Source of the DNA: Saprospiraceae bacterium
Lineage (GTDB): Bacteria > Bacteroidota > Bacteroidia > Chitinophagales > Saprospiraceae
Assembly: GCA_021738725.1 (NCBI GenBank)
Contig: JAIPBE010000005.1
Location: 10,174 to 74,173, forward strand
Length of the DNA: 64,000 bases
Direction: 5' to 3'
Both the position numbers and the translations under genes were made by a program. Shown here one piece after another: positions 33,544 to 44,035 of the stretch (positions are counted from its first letter, which is position 1; the number at the start of each line of letters is the position of its first letter). Under the pieces are notes generated by a model. It worked only from the letters and a program-made list of their open reading frames with translations, was not told where the DNA came from and did not search any database.

Positions 33544-35934
33544 ATGAGAAGAATCCAACATGTAGCCGTTCTGGGCGCCGGGGTAATGGGTGCCGGGATC
33601 GCCTGTCACCTTGCAAATGCTGGTTTTCAGGTACTCCTCCTGGACATCGTGACCCCTGGTCTGGCCGAAGACAAACAATCCAATCCAGATGCCCGTAATC
33701 AGCTGGTGAATCGCGCCCTGGCCCAATCCATCAAGAGCAAACCGGCTCCACTTTATCAAAAAGAATATGCGAACAGGATTCAGACCGGGAATCTCACAGA
33801 TGACCTTCATCGGGTGAAAGATTGTGATTGGATCGTAGAAGTGGTTGTCGAACGGCTGGATATCAAACAACAACTCTTTGCACAGGTGGAGGAGCACCGT
33901 CGCCCGGGCACCCTGGTGACCAGCAATACGTCAGGCATCCCCATTCACCTGATGACGGAAGGACGCAGTGAAGACTTCAAGCGACATTTTTGCGGCACTC
34001 ACTTTTTCAATCCCCCGCGCTACCTGCGCCTGCTCGAAATCATTCCGACACCAGACACCGCTCCTGAAGTCACCCAATTCTTCCTGGATTTCGGCGCTAA
34101 CTATCTTGGCAAAAAGACCGTCCTGGCCAAAGACACGCCTGCATTTATCGCCAACAGAATCGGGGTGTATGCCATGGCCCGGATCTATCAATTGACCGAG
34201 GAATTGGGGCTACCCATCGATGTGGTGGACAAGTTGACAGGACCTGCTCTCGGTCGACCTAAAACGGGCACCTTCCGGCTTGGCGACCTGGTCGGCCACG
34301 ATACCGCCGCACACGTCATTGAAGGCATCCGCCAGAACTGTCCAACGGACGAACAAGCTGCGACTTTCCAGATACCGGCCTACCTGAAATTTCTGTTGGA
34401 CAACAAATTCCTCGGCAACAAGACCGGCCAGGGTTTTTACAAAAAAGTGGATGAGAAGGATGAGAAAGGGAGATCGGTCTACCACATACTCAACCTGAAA
34501 ACCCTCGCATATCAGCTGCCCGAAAAAGTCACGTTCCCCAGTCTGGAGGCAGGCAAACAGATCGATGATCTTGGTCGTCGGGTCAATATGTTTTTCGAAC
34601 ATTCGGATGATGGGGCAAAATTGATCCAGAAATCGCTGCTCGGCCTCTTTGCCTATGCCTCCAACCGGATCCCGGAGATCGCCGATGAACCCTATCGCAT
34701 CGACGATGCCTTGAAAGCGGGTTTTGCCTGGGAGGCAGGACCCTTCGAGTTGTGGGACATGATCGGTCTGGAAACTGGCATCAAACGAGCGGAAGCGGCA
34801 GGCGAGACCATTCCCGCCTGGGTGCAGGATATGGTCCAGAAAGGGCATTCCACATTCTATACCATTCAGAATGGACGACGATACAGTTACCAGCCTTCAT
34901 CCGGTACCTACATCGAGATTCCCGGCCAATCCAGCACTATTCAACTGGATTACTTGCGCCATCAGGCACCTGTCTACCAGAACGATGAGGTGGTTCTGCA
35001 CGACATCGGAGAAGGGGTGCTTTGCCTGGAATTCAGGAGCAAGATGAATGCCATAGGCGAAGGTATCCTCCGCGGATTACAGGAGTCCATCCAGATCGCG
35101 GAAGAAGGCGAATGGAAAGGCCTGGTGATCGGCAACCATGCGCAGAACTTCACAGTCGGTGCCAATCTCATGATGATCGCCATGATGGCCTATCAACAGG
35201 AGTGGGATGAACTGAATATGGCGATCAACCTGTTTCAGCAGACCACCATGCGGTGTCGTTATTCCAATATCCCTGTAGTAGCTGCCACCCAGGGATATGT
35301 ATTCGGTGGAGGGTGTGAAGCCATCATGCATTGCGATGGCGTGGTCGCAGCTGCAGAAAGCTATATCGGCCTGGTGGAAGTCGGTGTCGGGTTGATCCCT
35401 GGAGGCGGAGGCACGAAGGAATTTGCTGTTCGGATCTCAGACTCCTTCAGAGAGGGCGATGTACAGGTGAATACCCTGATCGATCATTTCAAAACCATCG
35501 CCACTGCTGCTGTATCCACTTCCGCATATGAGGCCTACGGACTTGGATATCTGCAACCGGAAAAAGACCAGGTAGTACTCAACCTCGAACAACACATATT
35601 TGAAGCACGGGCCCGGGTACTGGCATTGGCTGAGCATTATGTTCAACCCATCCAGCGGGATGATGTCACCGTCCTCGGCCGCGGAGGTCTGGCCGCACTG
35701 TACGCAGCCGCCAATGAATTGAAACTGGGCAAATGGGCCTCTGAACATGACATCAAGATTGCCCGAAAGGTAGCCTGGGTACTCTGTGGAGGTGATCTGA
35801 CGGGGTCGCAAAATGTCTCCGAACAATATCTGCTGGATGTAGAACGGGAGGCCTTCATGAGTTTGTGTGGAGAACAAAAGACTTTAGAGCGTGTCCAGCA
35901 CATGTTACAAACCGGTAAGCCATTGCGCAATTGA
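33544..35934 (+). CDS. Multifunctional fatty-acid oxidation protein (N-terminal 3-hydroxyacyl-CoA dehydrogenase plus C-terminal enoyl-CoA hydratase/crotonase, FadN-type order)
   Basis: The NAD fold is VAVLGAGVMGAGIA. HFFNPP is the 3HCDH motif. The C-terminal crotonase-like region is VVAATQGYVFGGGCE. Confidence 0.85.
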   Translation: MRRIQHVAVLGAGVMGAGIACHLANAGFQVLLLDIVTPGLAEDKQSNPDARNQLVNRALAQSIKSKPAPLYQKEYANRIQTGNLTDDLHRVKDCDWIVEVVVERLDIKQQLFAQVEEHRRPGTLVTSNTSGIPIHLMTEGRSEDFKRHFCGTHFFNPPRYLRLLEIIPTPDTAPEVTQFFLDFGANYLGKKTVLAKDTPAFIANRIGVYAMARIYQLTEELGLPIDVVDKLTGPALGRPKTGTFRLGDLVGHDTAAHVIEGIRQNCPTDEQAATFQIPAYLKFLLDNKFLGNKTGQGFYKKVDEKDEKGRSVYHILNLKTLAYQLPEKVTFPSLEAGKQIDDLGRRVNMFFEHSDDGAKLIQKSLLGLFAYASNRIPEIADEPYRIDDALKAGFAWEAGPFELWDMIGLETGIKRAEAAGETIPAWVQDMVQKGHSTFYTIQNGRRYSYQPSSGTYIEIPGQSSTIQLDYLRHQAPVYQNDEVVLHDIGEGVLCLEFRSKMNAIGEGILRGLQESIQIAEEGEWKGLVIGNHAQNFTVGANLMMIAMMAYQQEWDELNMAINLFQQTTMRCRYSNIPVVAATQGYVFGGGCEAIMHCDGVVAAAESYIGLVEVGVGLIPGGGGTKEFAVRISDSFREGDVQVNTLIDHFKTIATAAVSTSAYEAYGLGYLQPEKDQVVLNLEQHIFEARARVLALAEHYVQPIQRDDVTVLGRGGLAALYAAANELKLGKWASEHDIKIARKVAWVLCGGDLTGSQNVSEQYLLDVEREAFMSLCGEQKTLERVQHMLQTGKPLRN

Positions 35935-35967
35935 TCGTTGATCATCACAGCCAAATCGAATCCAATC

Positions 35968-37140
35968 ATGGAAGCATATATCGTTAAAGCCTTTCGCTCA
36001 CCTGTTGGCAAGGCCAAAAAGGGATCCTTTCAACATTTCCGTTCAGATGACCTCGCTGCTGTGGTGATTCGTCACATCATGGCGAATACCCCCGGTCTGG
36101 AACCTGCGCACATCGATGATGTTCTGGTGGGGTGCGCCAATCCTGAAGGAGAACAGGGGCTGCAGATCGGTCGACAGATCGCCTTGTTAGCCCTCAACAA
36201 AGACGTGCCTGGAATGACCATCAACCGGTACTGTGCTTCGGGTCTGGAGACCATTTCCATTGCCGTCGCCAAGATCCGGGCCGGGCTGGGCTCCTGCTAC
36301 ATTGCCGGCGGAACAGAGAGTATGAGCATGATCCCGATGACGGGATACAAACTCGCACCTAACTACCAATTTGCAAGCAAGACGCCCGACTATCTTGCCA
36401 GTATGGGCATGACTGCGGAGGCTGTTGCGAAGAAATACGAGATCAATCGGGAAGATTGTGATGCATTTGCACTTCGATCACATACCCTGGCTGCAGCCGC
36501 GCAGGACAATGGCTGGTTTGACGATGAGATCGTTCCTATCGAGGTTCCACAAGTCTGGGTAGAAAACGGGAAACGAAAAGAACAACAAATAACCGTCACG
36601 GCCGATGAAGGTGTACGAAGGGAAACCACATTGGAAGCATTGGCCAAATTGCGGCCCGCATTCGCTCAGGGGGGAATCGCCACCGCTGGAAATTCCAGTC
36701 AGACATCCGACGGTGCCAGTTTTGTCCTGGTCATGAGTGAAGATCTGGTTAAACAGTTAAACCTGACGCCCATTGCTCGATTGGCTGCATGTGCTGTGGC
36801 TGGTGTGGACCCGCTCTATATGGGGATCGGTCCGTGTGCTGCCATCCCCAAGGCACTCCAGCAGGCAGGTCTGACCCTCCAGGATATCGATCTGACGGAA
36901 CTGAATGAGGCTTTTGCCACCCAGGCATTAGCGGTGATCCGACAGACCGGTTTGGATCCGGATACGGTGAATGTGAATGGCGGTGCGATCGCCCTGGGGC
37001 ATCCGTTGGGTTGCACGGGAGCCAAGTTGTCGACCCAGATATTCAATGAATTACGTCGGAGAGGCAAGAAATATGGTTTGGTGACCGCCTGTGTCGGGGG
37101 TGGTCAGGGCATCGCCGGGATCTACGAACGTTTGTCTTAG
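35968..37140 (+). CDS. Acetyl-CoA C-acyltransferase (thiolase)
   Basis: The acyl-enzyme Cys is in [27 protein letters not shown] and CVGGGQG are thiolase signatures. I prefer ATG 35968 ([15 protein letters not shown]) to the TTG at 35938. Confidence 0.9.
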   Translation: MEAYIVKAFRSPVGKAKKGSFQHFRSDDLAAVVIRHIMANTPGLEPAHIDDVLVGCANPEGEQGLQIGRQIALLALNKDVPGMTINRYCASGLETISIAVAKIRAGLGSCYIAGGTESMSMIPMTGYKLAPNYQFASKTPDYLASMGMTAEAVAKKYEINREDCDAFALRSHTLAAAAQDNGWFDDEIVPIEVPQVWVENGKRKEQQITVTADEGVRRETTLEALAKLRPAFAQGGIATAGNSSQTSDGASFVLVMSEDLVKQLNLTPIARLAACAVAGVDPLYMGIGPCAAIPKALQQAGLTLQDIDLTELNEAFATQALAVIRQTGLDPDTVNVNGGAIALGHPLGCTGAKLSTQIFNELRRRGKKYGLVTACVGGGQGIAGIYERLS

Positions 37141-37185
37141 AACAACCGGACCGGGTCCCTTTTTCGTCTTCTATTTCGAACAGGA

Positions 37186-38391
37186 TCACTCGAGACCTCT
37201 GCGCTTCATTTCCTTGTGGATCAGGTCCAGTTCACGGGACATCTCACCTGTTACGGAAGCATTCTCCTGAGCACGGCGCAACAAGTAGGGGATCACCTCC
37301 TCTACCCTTCCATAAGGGACATACTTGGCGACGTTGTATCCACAATCCGCCAGATTGAAGGTCAGATGATCACTCATTCCGTACAACTGCGAGAAATTGA
37401 GATGGGGATGATTGCGGTCTATTCGCAACTCATCGATCCATTTAGCCATCAGCATGCAGCTCTCCGCATTGTGGGTGGCATTGCACGATGCGATGGTATC
37501 ATTATGCTCGACCAGATAGCGCAAAGCTTCATTATACCCTTTATCTGTGGACGCTTTGTCTGGATAGATCGGAGAGGGATAGCCCATCTCTCTGGCCCGG
37601 ACACGTTCCTTTTCCATATAGGCTCCCCGGACGATCTTCGATCCAAAGATCCACCCTTCCGAACGAGCAGCATCAGCCGTCTGGATCATATAATCCAGGC
37701 GATCATGCCGATATAACTGGAAGGTATTATACACCACTGCACGTTCCTTGTTGAATCGACGCATCATAGCGTTGACCATGTCATCAATGGGTGCTTGGAC
37801 CCAACTCTCTTCCGCATCAAAAAAGACAGAAACCCCTTTTTCGTAAGCACTGAGAGAGATCGATTCGACCCGTTTGATCACCGCTTTATAGGCCTCCTCT
37901 TCTGCCCTTGATAATTCATCTCCTCTGGCCACCTTTTCCAGCAACGGGTTGCTAGCCAGTCCGGAAATCTTTGTGCTGACGACTGGCACAAATTCATTTC
38001 CGGAAGCAAATTCGATCGCCCGTAGATTCTCACGCAGCGTCGCATTAAAATCTACTTCTGACTCTTTGGCTTCTACGCCATAGTCCAGGATAGTCTGGGT
38101 CTTGTAGTGGGCCAGTTTTTCAATGGTGGGCAGGCTTTTCAACAGGCTTGCCCCTCCGACGAACTGACGAAAGAGGGTGGCTTTGACAATACTGCGAGCA
38201 AATGGAATATTCCATTGGACGGCCCACCTGCCTATGGTAGAACCGGTTTGAACCAGCCACGGTTTGTTCATCAGTGTAAACAGCCAGCTCATTTGCTTGA
38301 GCTCTTTGTCAGAGAGGTAGGAAAAAGCGATCTCAGTGTTTCTGAAATCAGGTAGTGCTGACTGCATGGTTGCTGTAGATTCTTGCATCAT
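37186..38391 (-). CDS. Proline dehydrogenase (stand-alone PRODH family)
   Basis: LDYGVE, VSVFFDAEESWVQ and QLYGMSDHLTFNL are the core TIM-barrel PRODH motifs. The start at 38391 gives an ATGA overlap with the aroE stop. The in-frame ATG at 38412 (track) is an alternative. Confidence 0.8.
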   Translation of the reverse strand: MMQESTATMQSALPDFRNTEIAFSYLSDKELKQMSWLFTLMNKPWLVQTGSTIGRWAVQWNIPFARSIVKATLFRQFVGGASLLKSLPTIEKLAHYKTQTILDYGVEAKESEVDFNATLRENLRAIEFASGNEFVPVVSTKISGLASNPLLEKVARGDELSRAEEEAYKAVIKRVESISLSAYEKGVSVFFDAEESWVQAPIDDMVNAMMRRFNKERAVVYNTFQLYRHDRLDYMIQTADAARSEGWIFGSKIVRGAYMEKERVRAREMGYPSPIYPDKASTDKGYNEALRYLVEHNDTIASCNATHNAESCMLMAKWIDELRIDRNHPHLNFSQLYGMSDHLTFNLADCGYNVAKYVPYGRVEEVIPYLLRRAQENASVTGEMSRELDLIHKEMKRRGLE

Positions 38392-39131
38392 TTCCGGGTC
38401 CAAATTTGCCATGATTTCTCTGCCTGAAGATACAACATTTCCAATCCATTTTTGGTCCTGGCGCCGGCCATTCTACCCATTTCGAGGAACATGGTTTCTT
38501 CAGGTGTATAGATCAGATCGTAGAGAAAATGACTGCTATTCAATTGCTCATATGGGATGGCGGGGCAATCGTGCACCTCAGGAAACATACCCAACGGGGT
38601 GGTATTGATGATCAACTGATAGGTTTCTATCCCCGTGGATTGCAGATCTGCATAGGTCATCGTATTCCTTGCTTTGGAACGAGATACCACTGTGAATGAA
38701 CGGCCTGTTTCCCGCAAAACATCCTGCACGGCCTGTGATGCGCCCCCATTTCCCAGGATCAGTGCTTTTCCTGTCGGCTCTGGTCCAACGAATTGCTCCA
38801 GCGACTCCTTGAAGGCGGGGGCATCCGTATTGTAACCGTGTAATTTTCCTTCATCATTGATCAGCACAGTGTTGACTGCACCAATTCGAAGGGCCTGTGG
38901 AGCGATCCAGTCCAGATAGGGCAATATGCTTTGCTTGTGGGGGATGGTCACATTGACACCAAGCAAATTCTCTTGACTGGCCAACCATCCGGGTAAAGCA
39001 GAAATATCTGGAAGGCGCATGAGGTCATAGCTCCAATCCAAAAGTCCCTCCCGTTGGAATTTCTCCTGGAACCAACCTGGGGAAAAAGATTGGGACAAGG
39101 GGTATCCGATCAAACCAAGAGCCGTTCTCAT
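38388..39131 (-). CDS. aroE: Shikimate dehydrogenase
   Basis: LIGYPLSQSFSP, GVNVTIPHK, ILGNGGASQAV and INTTPLGM. Confidence 0.9.
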   Translation of the reverse strand: MRTALGLIGYPLSQSFSPGWFQEKFQREGLLDWSYDLMRLPDISALPGWLASQENLLGVNVTIPHKQSILPYLDWIAPQALRIGAVNTVLINDEGKLHGYNTDAPAFKESLEQFVGPEPTGKALILGNGGASQAVQDVLRETGRSFTVVSRSKARNTMTYADLQSTGIETYQLIINTTPLGMFPEVHDCPAIPYEQLNSSHFLYDLIYTPEETMFLEMGRMAGARTKNGLEMLYLQAEKSWQIWTRK

Positions 39132-40075
39132 TGGTCCGGGTCAAGCGCTTTTTCAGGCGACTGGCTATCCATCAACCACACCAGGCCAAACCCGAGCAGG
39201 ACGCAGATCCCAACGGTCAGCAATTGTGGTTCTCCTGGAAAGTCGGAAGGCAAAACGCTTTTTTCCAAAAATGGAACCTCTATCCCATGGCTGTTCGTCC
39301 GGGTCGAGATCACCACCTTCCAGGGCCAGAGTCGGTTCAGCGAACCAACCATAAATCCAGTCAGTATGGCCAGCGCCAGATTGTGAAAGTGGTGAAATAT
39401 CCAGGTTAAAATGCGTGAAAACCCGGCCAATCCGATCAGGCATCCAACCGCAAATACACCCACCACGAGTGCATGTTCCATAGAAAATGTCTCCAGTAAG
39501 CCTTTGACATGTCCGATCACCACAGTATACATTCCCATCAGCAGGAGTAGAAAACTTCCGGATATACCGGGTAGTAGCATGGCTGATATGGCGATCATAC
39601 CACAGATCAGTACAAACCACAAGGCTTCCGTTCCTGTCGCAGGGCTAGCAATGGTGATCCAGTATGCGAGTAAAGAGGCGAGGACTAGCCCGACACCATC
39701 TCGCCAGGTCCATTGGTCCATTTGCCGGGAAATCCAGATCGCTGACGCCAGGATCAGACCAAAGAAAAATGACCAGATGGCCTGTGGGTGATGATCGATC
39801 AACCAGGTAATCCCGAAAATACCGATCACAATACCGACAGCCATTCCGCTCAGCAGGGACAGCAGAAACCACCCATGAATGGCTAACCAAACCCCATTGA
39901 ACCCCTCACGCCTGAACACTCCGATCAGGGAGGGGTGAAATGATTTGATCGCATCCAGTAGCCGCTCATATATGCCTGTGATGAACGCGATCGTCCCACC
40001 AGAAACGCCGGGTACGACCTCAGCCATTCCCATAGCCATTCCCCGGATGGCAATTTGATACCAGTTTAGTTTCAT
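39128..40075 (-). CDS. DUF368 family polytopic membrane protein. This family was recently linked to undecaprenyl-phosphate recycling (PopT-type).
   Basis: GMAEVVPGVSGGTIAFITGIYERLL and a second half-repeat LLPGISGSFLLLLMGMY form the characteristic duplicated DUF368 motif. Confidence 0.75.
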   Translation of the reverse strand: MKLNWYQIAIRGMAMGMAEVVPGVSGGTIAFITGIYERLLDAIKSFHPSLIGVFRREGFNGVWLAIHGWFLLSLLSGMAVGIVIGIFGITWLIDHHPQAIWSFFFGLILASAIWISRQMDQWTWRDGVGLVLASLLAYWITIASPATGTEALWFVLICGMIAISAMLLPGISGSFLLLLMGMYTVVIGHVKGLLETFSMEHALVVGVFAVGCLIGLAGFSRILTWIFHHFHNLALAILTGFMVGSLNRLWPWKVVISTRTNSHGIEVPFLEKSVLPSDFPGEPQLLTVGICVLLGFGLVWLMDSQSPEKALDPDQ

Positions 40076-40109
40076 TATCTCAAAGGTACTTTTCGCTGAT
40101 CAATCACTA

Positions 40110-41297
40110 TCAATTATCATGTGGTCTTCCCAGGGGTTGTGCGGTAGCTGGAGGATCAGATGTTGATTCATCATCATCCGTTGTCGGCACGATCGCATCC
40201 TTCCACAGGTCAGGTTGGCCTGCGTCGACCCAGGCTGTATACCAGGCACTCCCGATAGCCACAATCGCTTCCCTGAATCGTTTCTCCACCATGCCATCCA
40301 TTGCATCCTGGTATTCTTTTGCATACTGGAGGCAATAGGTCAACACATTATAGGTATTCCGATCTTCGAAACACATGATACGATCGCTGGAGAGCCCTTC
40401 TCGGATAGAGCGCTCAAGAGACAAGACATCCTCTACATATGCGTGACTTTCCCGGACCATTCGCCAGGCCTCGGCTGAATAGTTGGATACATAACTGGCG
40501 GGACCTGTGACAAGATCCCAATCAGCCGAAAATAATTCCGGTATCCGACTTTCCCAAAAACCGTGAATGCCCTGCTGCCCGGTCAGCTGACCATTGTAAT
40601 TCGCAGTGGTGTGTAGTGGTACATGAGCATCTGCAATATAATGTCCGATGTCAGCAGACAAACGAAGAATCAGGGGTATATCACGTCGTAAAAAGGCATT
40701 TGTCAATCTGTGCTGCATCATGGGTAGCCAATAGGGTAAGATGCCATGGATCGAAAATTCATCCAAAAAGATCAACCGGGTATAAGACAGGGTTTGCCCA
40801 CAAGTATCCATCATACGGGCTGGCTCAGGGGGGATGAACATCCATACTTCATCATATGGCTCTTCACTCTGGAGCGCTTGAAAATGGTGGAGTACCTCAG
40901 AAGAAGAAAAAGGACAACTGTTGGTATCGCGCTGGTAAAGATCGGTTCCTGGACCTGATCGAACCAGTCGTATAGAATCTCCTTTCGGTGTGATAGCTAC
41001 AACCGCCAGAAAGTCCATGATCTCTGCCTGGAGATTGGTTCCCAATTCTCCGCCCTTGCGCTCTTCCAGAATATCCAGATCGATATAATGTCGTTTGTAT
41101 TCCTGGGGAATGGCGTAGCGGCGTTTGTCCGGATCAACCCCGTGTTCCTCCAGATATGGCGCGTGCCGTTTGTAGAATTGATTCAATGGCGCTGGTATGG
41201 TATACACCGCTTGTCGATTGATCATCCGATGACCAAAAAAGCCCCATTCCGGAGTAGGAATGAACCAATAAAACGTCAGAAACAACCAGACGACCAT
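40110..41297 (-). CDS. Zinc-dependent phospholipase C / S1-P1 nuclease superfamily protein
   Basis: The N-terminal motif WGFFGHRMINRQAV immediately follows the signal/anchor. DPDKRRY, RHYIDLD and ADAHVPLHTTANYNG are metal-ligand motifs of this superfamily. Substrate specificity is not inferable from the sequence. Confidence 0.65.
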   Translation of the reverse strand: MVVWLFLTFYWFIPTPEWGFFGHRMINRQAVYTIPAPLNQFYKRHAPYLEEHGVDPDKRRYAIPQEYKRHYIDLDILEERKGGELGTNLQAEIMDFLAVVAITPKGDSIRLVRSGPGTDLYQRDTNSCPFSSSEVLHHFQALQSEEPYDEVWMFIPPEPARMMDTCGQTLSYTRLIFLDEFSIHGILPYWLPMMQHRLTNAFLRRDIPLILRLSADIGHYIADAHVPLHTTANYNGQLTGQQGIHGFWESRIPELFSADWDLVTGPASYVSNYSAEAWRMVRESHAYVEDVLSLERSIREGLSSDRIMCFEDRNTYNVLTYCLQYAKEYQDAMDGMVEKRFREAIVAIGSAWYTAWVDAGQPDLWKDAIVPTTDDDESTSDPPATAQPLGRPHDN

Positions 41298-41306
41298 CCC
41301 CTCAAG

Positions 41307-42317
41307 TTACTTGAAAAACATGTCATAGCTCCAGAATATCTTGGAAAACGGTTGGTGTTGTACCATCATGAAATCACCCCAGTTGGAGTTGACATGATAC
41401 CGTTCCACCTGCAGCGTACGTCCCAAATTATCCAGTAAGATGGCCCCGTTACGATCATGTGGCACGATACTATGCAGGGTGGTTACACGTTCGACACTAT
41501 CCCTGGTAGTGACATAAATGACACAAAAGGGTAAGGTTTGGGAAATAGAATCCCGCTCGGGATTTTGATTGTCAAATCCTTCGATCCGAAGATCCTTCAA
41601 CCGATCCAGCAAACTGGCGGGCCGGTCCGGATCGAGTTCCCTCTTAATCCTCGGTGTCAGATCATAAAATGGACGGACGGTAAGTTTTTGGTCCCCTTGT
41701 CGCTCAATCATGAAGGACTTTTCCCTGAACCTGGGGTATTCGATCCCGAAGGAAATGATATCCTCCGCATTCATTGGAAAAAGACTGTGATCTCGCCAAT
41801 CTTCTTCATCCATGAAGAAACGGGCAGAGACAGACCCGTGAAAATATTTCATGGTGATGACAAAAGGCTGATCAGACCCTTCCATCATGCAATACGTGCC
41901 CGTACCTTCCGGTGCCACACCGCCGATATAATATGTTTTCAAGGGATTTCCCTGGAGGTCGCTGACCATTACCCGCCGGCCATGTGCGCCCAGACTTTTG
42001 ATGATATTGGGCATCATGCTGGCTGGAGGGATATATTTCACTTCCAGCTGACTGACAGTTTCCAACATTTCTTCCATTACGCGAGGTTCTACCCGGTATC
42101 GATCATTGACGTACCATGTACCCGCCTTTCGGTCCAGATGCAAGGTGTTTCCATCGCGATCAACCACTTGAATATACCCGATCATGGTCGTATCGGGTAC
42201 CGCAAATGAACCTTCATAATCAGAAAGTGTCGTCGGTTTGTTGTACACTTTTGACATCCAGATGGCAGCACCAATCAGACCAGCCAGTACGAGAAAAAGG
42301 ATGATATTTCGTTTCAT
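41307..42317 (-). CDS. N-terminally anchored protein downstream of gldG, a DUF4340-like accessory of GldG-type ABC systems (call based mainly on synteny)
   Basis: The TM anchor is MKRNIILFLVLAGLIGAAIWMS. I prefer ATG 42317 to the TTG at 42329. Proteins of this size and position after gldG-like genes are typically DUF4340. I verified no sequence motif. Confidence 0.45.
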   Translation of the reverse strand: MKRNIILFLVLAGLIGAAIWMSKVYNKPTTLSDYEGSFAVPDTTMIGYIQVVDRDGNTLHLDRKAGTWYVNDRYRVEPRVMEEMLETVSQLEVKYIPPASMMPNIIKSLGAHGRRVMVSDLQGNPLKTYYIGGVAPEGTGTYCMMEGSDQPFVITMKYFHGSVSARFFMDEEDWRDHSLFPMNAEDIISFGIEYPRFREKSFMIERQGDQKLTVRPFYDLTPRIKRELDPDRPASLLDRLKDLRIEGFDNQNPERDSISQTLPFCVIYVTTRDSVERVTTLHSIVPHDRNGAILLDNLGRTLQVERYHVNSNWGDFMMVQHQPFSKIFWSYDMFFK

Positions 42318-42325
42318 AGCAATGT

Positions 42326-44035
42326 TCAATTATGGGCGTATCGGCGTCTTCTCCAGAAATGGAATCCGACGCCAAAGAGCAGCAGCAGCAGCAGGGGTAA
42401 CCCAAGGTTCAAAACCTGCCAATAGGTCTTTTCCTGGGTCACTTTCACCTTATCCAGAAGACGCAGGCGCACATCTCTGGATCTGGCTTCGATCAGCCCT
42501 CTTTGATCCAGCAGATACTCGATCATGTTCAGTGCAAAATCCTTGTTGGCGTATTGCCGGCGTTCATAAACATTATAACCGAGGGCTTTGGCCTCATTGG
42601 TTTCTGGATTATACGGGTTGCGAATGATGTCACCATCCGCGACAACGATCACTCCTGTGGGTTCGCTGACCGACTTGAAGGCCTCCCCCCTCGCTTTGAG
42701 GGAGTCCAGAAAAAACTGGGGTACCCTGTTTTCGTAATTGGAAGGAAATTGCCCTTCCAGCAAGATTGCCAGTGGTTGTGGCCCCTTGTTGAATTTGGCC
42801 GGATCCGGTTCGTACCGAAGAATGTCAAAACCGATCTGAACGGGTGGGTATTGCAGACGGGAGTATTCAGAAGAGGTCATCAGAATGGTCTTCTGAACAG
42901 GAGTCTTGGTCTGAATGGTATCCAAACTGGCGGGAAAGTTAAAATTGACCCGGTTGAGGTTTTTCACCATCGGATGGTCTAGATCTGGCTGGACAGCCGG
43001 ATGATAAAACCAGGGTAAAAGATCGTATTGGGGATTATTTCCCATCCTGCCTACTTCGATAGGGATACGGCTGCATTCGAGGTCCAATACCAGGTTTTTC
43101 TCGACACGAACACCATATTTATACAACAGGTCATCCAGATTCAGATTATATTCCATGGGCATAAATTCCCGGGATGCCCGCATACTATCCAATGAAATAT
43201 TGAGTGGGTCGATGAGGAATATGGCCTTTCCTCCTTTCATGATATACTGATCGATCTTGAACTTGTCGGGTTCACTGAAAGCGCCTCTCGGCCTGGCCAC
43301 AATCAAGAGGTCTACCTCCGGATGAATGCGGAATACACTATCCAGAGTGAGGTAGGTAAAGCTGTAATAGGGGCGCAGTTCTCTGCGCAGGTCGGCTGTT
43401 TGTTCGGGGATCAGCTCTCCGTGACCGCGAATAAAGACGATGTTCGGCTTTTCGGGATGGATCAGACGAAAGAGTGCACTGGACAGTTTGTATTCAAGGA
43501 GGGAAATACTGTTGTTCAGGATGACTTCCGGTGGCAATCCGGGCATTTCAGCTTCCAGCAAATTGACAGGAACACTTCTTCCGCCATACGATATGACGGC
43601 ATACGGAAAGATCAGTTTCTCTGTTGTTTCTCCATTTTCCTTGATGCGCAGGTTGGTGGGATTCAAGCCCTGCTTGGCAAATTCCTCCCGCAGGGCATTG
43701 ATCTGCTCTTTTGACCCGGTGTTCGGATCGGTGAATGTGTAATCCAGTAAACCGGATTCTCCTCGAAAATCATCGAGCATCTCCCGAGTCGCCCGTTGCA
43801 ATCTCTTGAAACCGGCAGGAAAGGCGCCCCCCAGGAGGACGTCGACGTACACGGGGCCATCCACCTCATCCAGCAGGGTGCGTGTCGAAGAGGTAAGCGT
43901 ATATCGGTTGTCTTCGGTGAGATCGAATGACATTGGAAAATACGCCGCTACCACATTCACGGCAACCAGGATACCGAGATAGAGAAAAAGGGAAATATTG
44001 CCCTGCAATTGAGCTTTGATTCTGGACGTTATCAT
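42326..44035 (-). CDS. gldG: Gliding-motility-associated ABC transporter auxiliary/substrate-binding component GldG
   Basis: It is 569 aa with N- and C-terminal TM anchors (ISLFLYLGILVAVNVVAAYF; LNLGLPLLLLLLFGVGF). It has an ATGA overlap with gldF. The architecture matches GldG/ABC_transp_aux. Confidence 0.7.
   Translation of the reverse strand: MITSRIKAQLQGNISLFLYLGILVAVNVVAAYFPMSFDLTEDNRYTLTSSTRTLLDEVDGPVYVDVLLGGAFPAGFKRLQRATREMLDDFRGESGLLDYTFTDPNTGSKEQINALREEFAKQGLNPTNLRIKENGETTEKLIFPYAVISYGGRSVPVNLLEAEMPGLPPEVILNNSISLLEYKLSSALFRLIHPEKPNIVFIRGHGELIPEQTADLRRELRPYYSFTYLTLDSVFRIHPEVDLLIVARPRGAFSEPDKFKIDQYIMKGGKAIFLIDPLNISLDSMRASREFMPMEYNLNLDDLLYKYGVRVEKNLVLDLECSRIPIEVGRMGNNPQYDLLPWFYHPAVQPDLDHPMVKNLNRVNFNFPASLDTIQTKTPVQKTILMTSSEYSRLQYPPVQIGFDILRYEPDPAKFNKGPQPLAILLEGQFPSNYENRVPQFFLDSLKARGEAFKSVSEPTGVIVVADGDIIRNPYNPETNEAKALGYNVYERRQYANKDFALNMIEYLLDQRGLIEARSRDVRLRLLDKVKVTQEKTYWQVLNLGLPLLLLLLFGVGFHFWRRRRYAHN

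Noticed and set aside
37333-37342. TGTATCCACA, which resembles a DnaA box (TTATCCACA)
   Set aside because: It is a single imperfect copy inside the proline dehydrogenase coding region. There is no cluster of boxes and no AT-rich unwinding element nearby. It is not an origin.
41538-42209. A 223-aa ORF antisense to the DUF4340-like gene. Similar long antisense ORFs occur at 34210-34848, 57712-58314, 5588-6097, 8149-8652 and 26514-27071.
   Set aside because: All are nested within longer ORFs that carry recognisable family motifs or signal peptides on the opposite strand. None has a recognisable motif of its own. I treat them as frame shadows.
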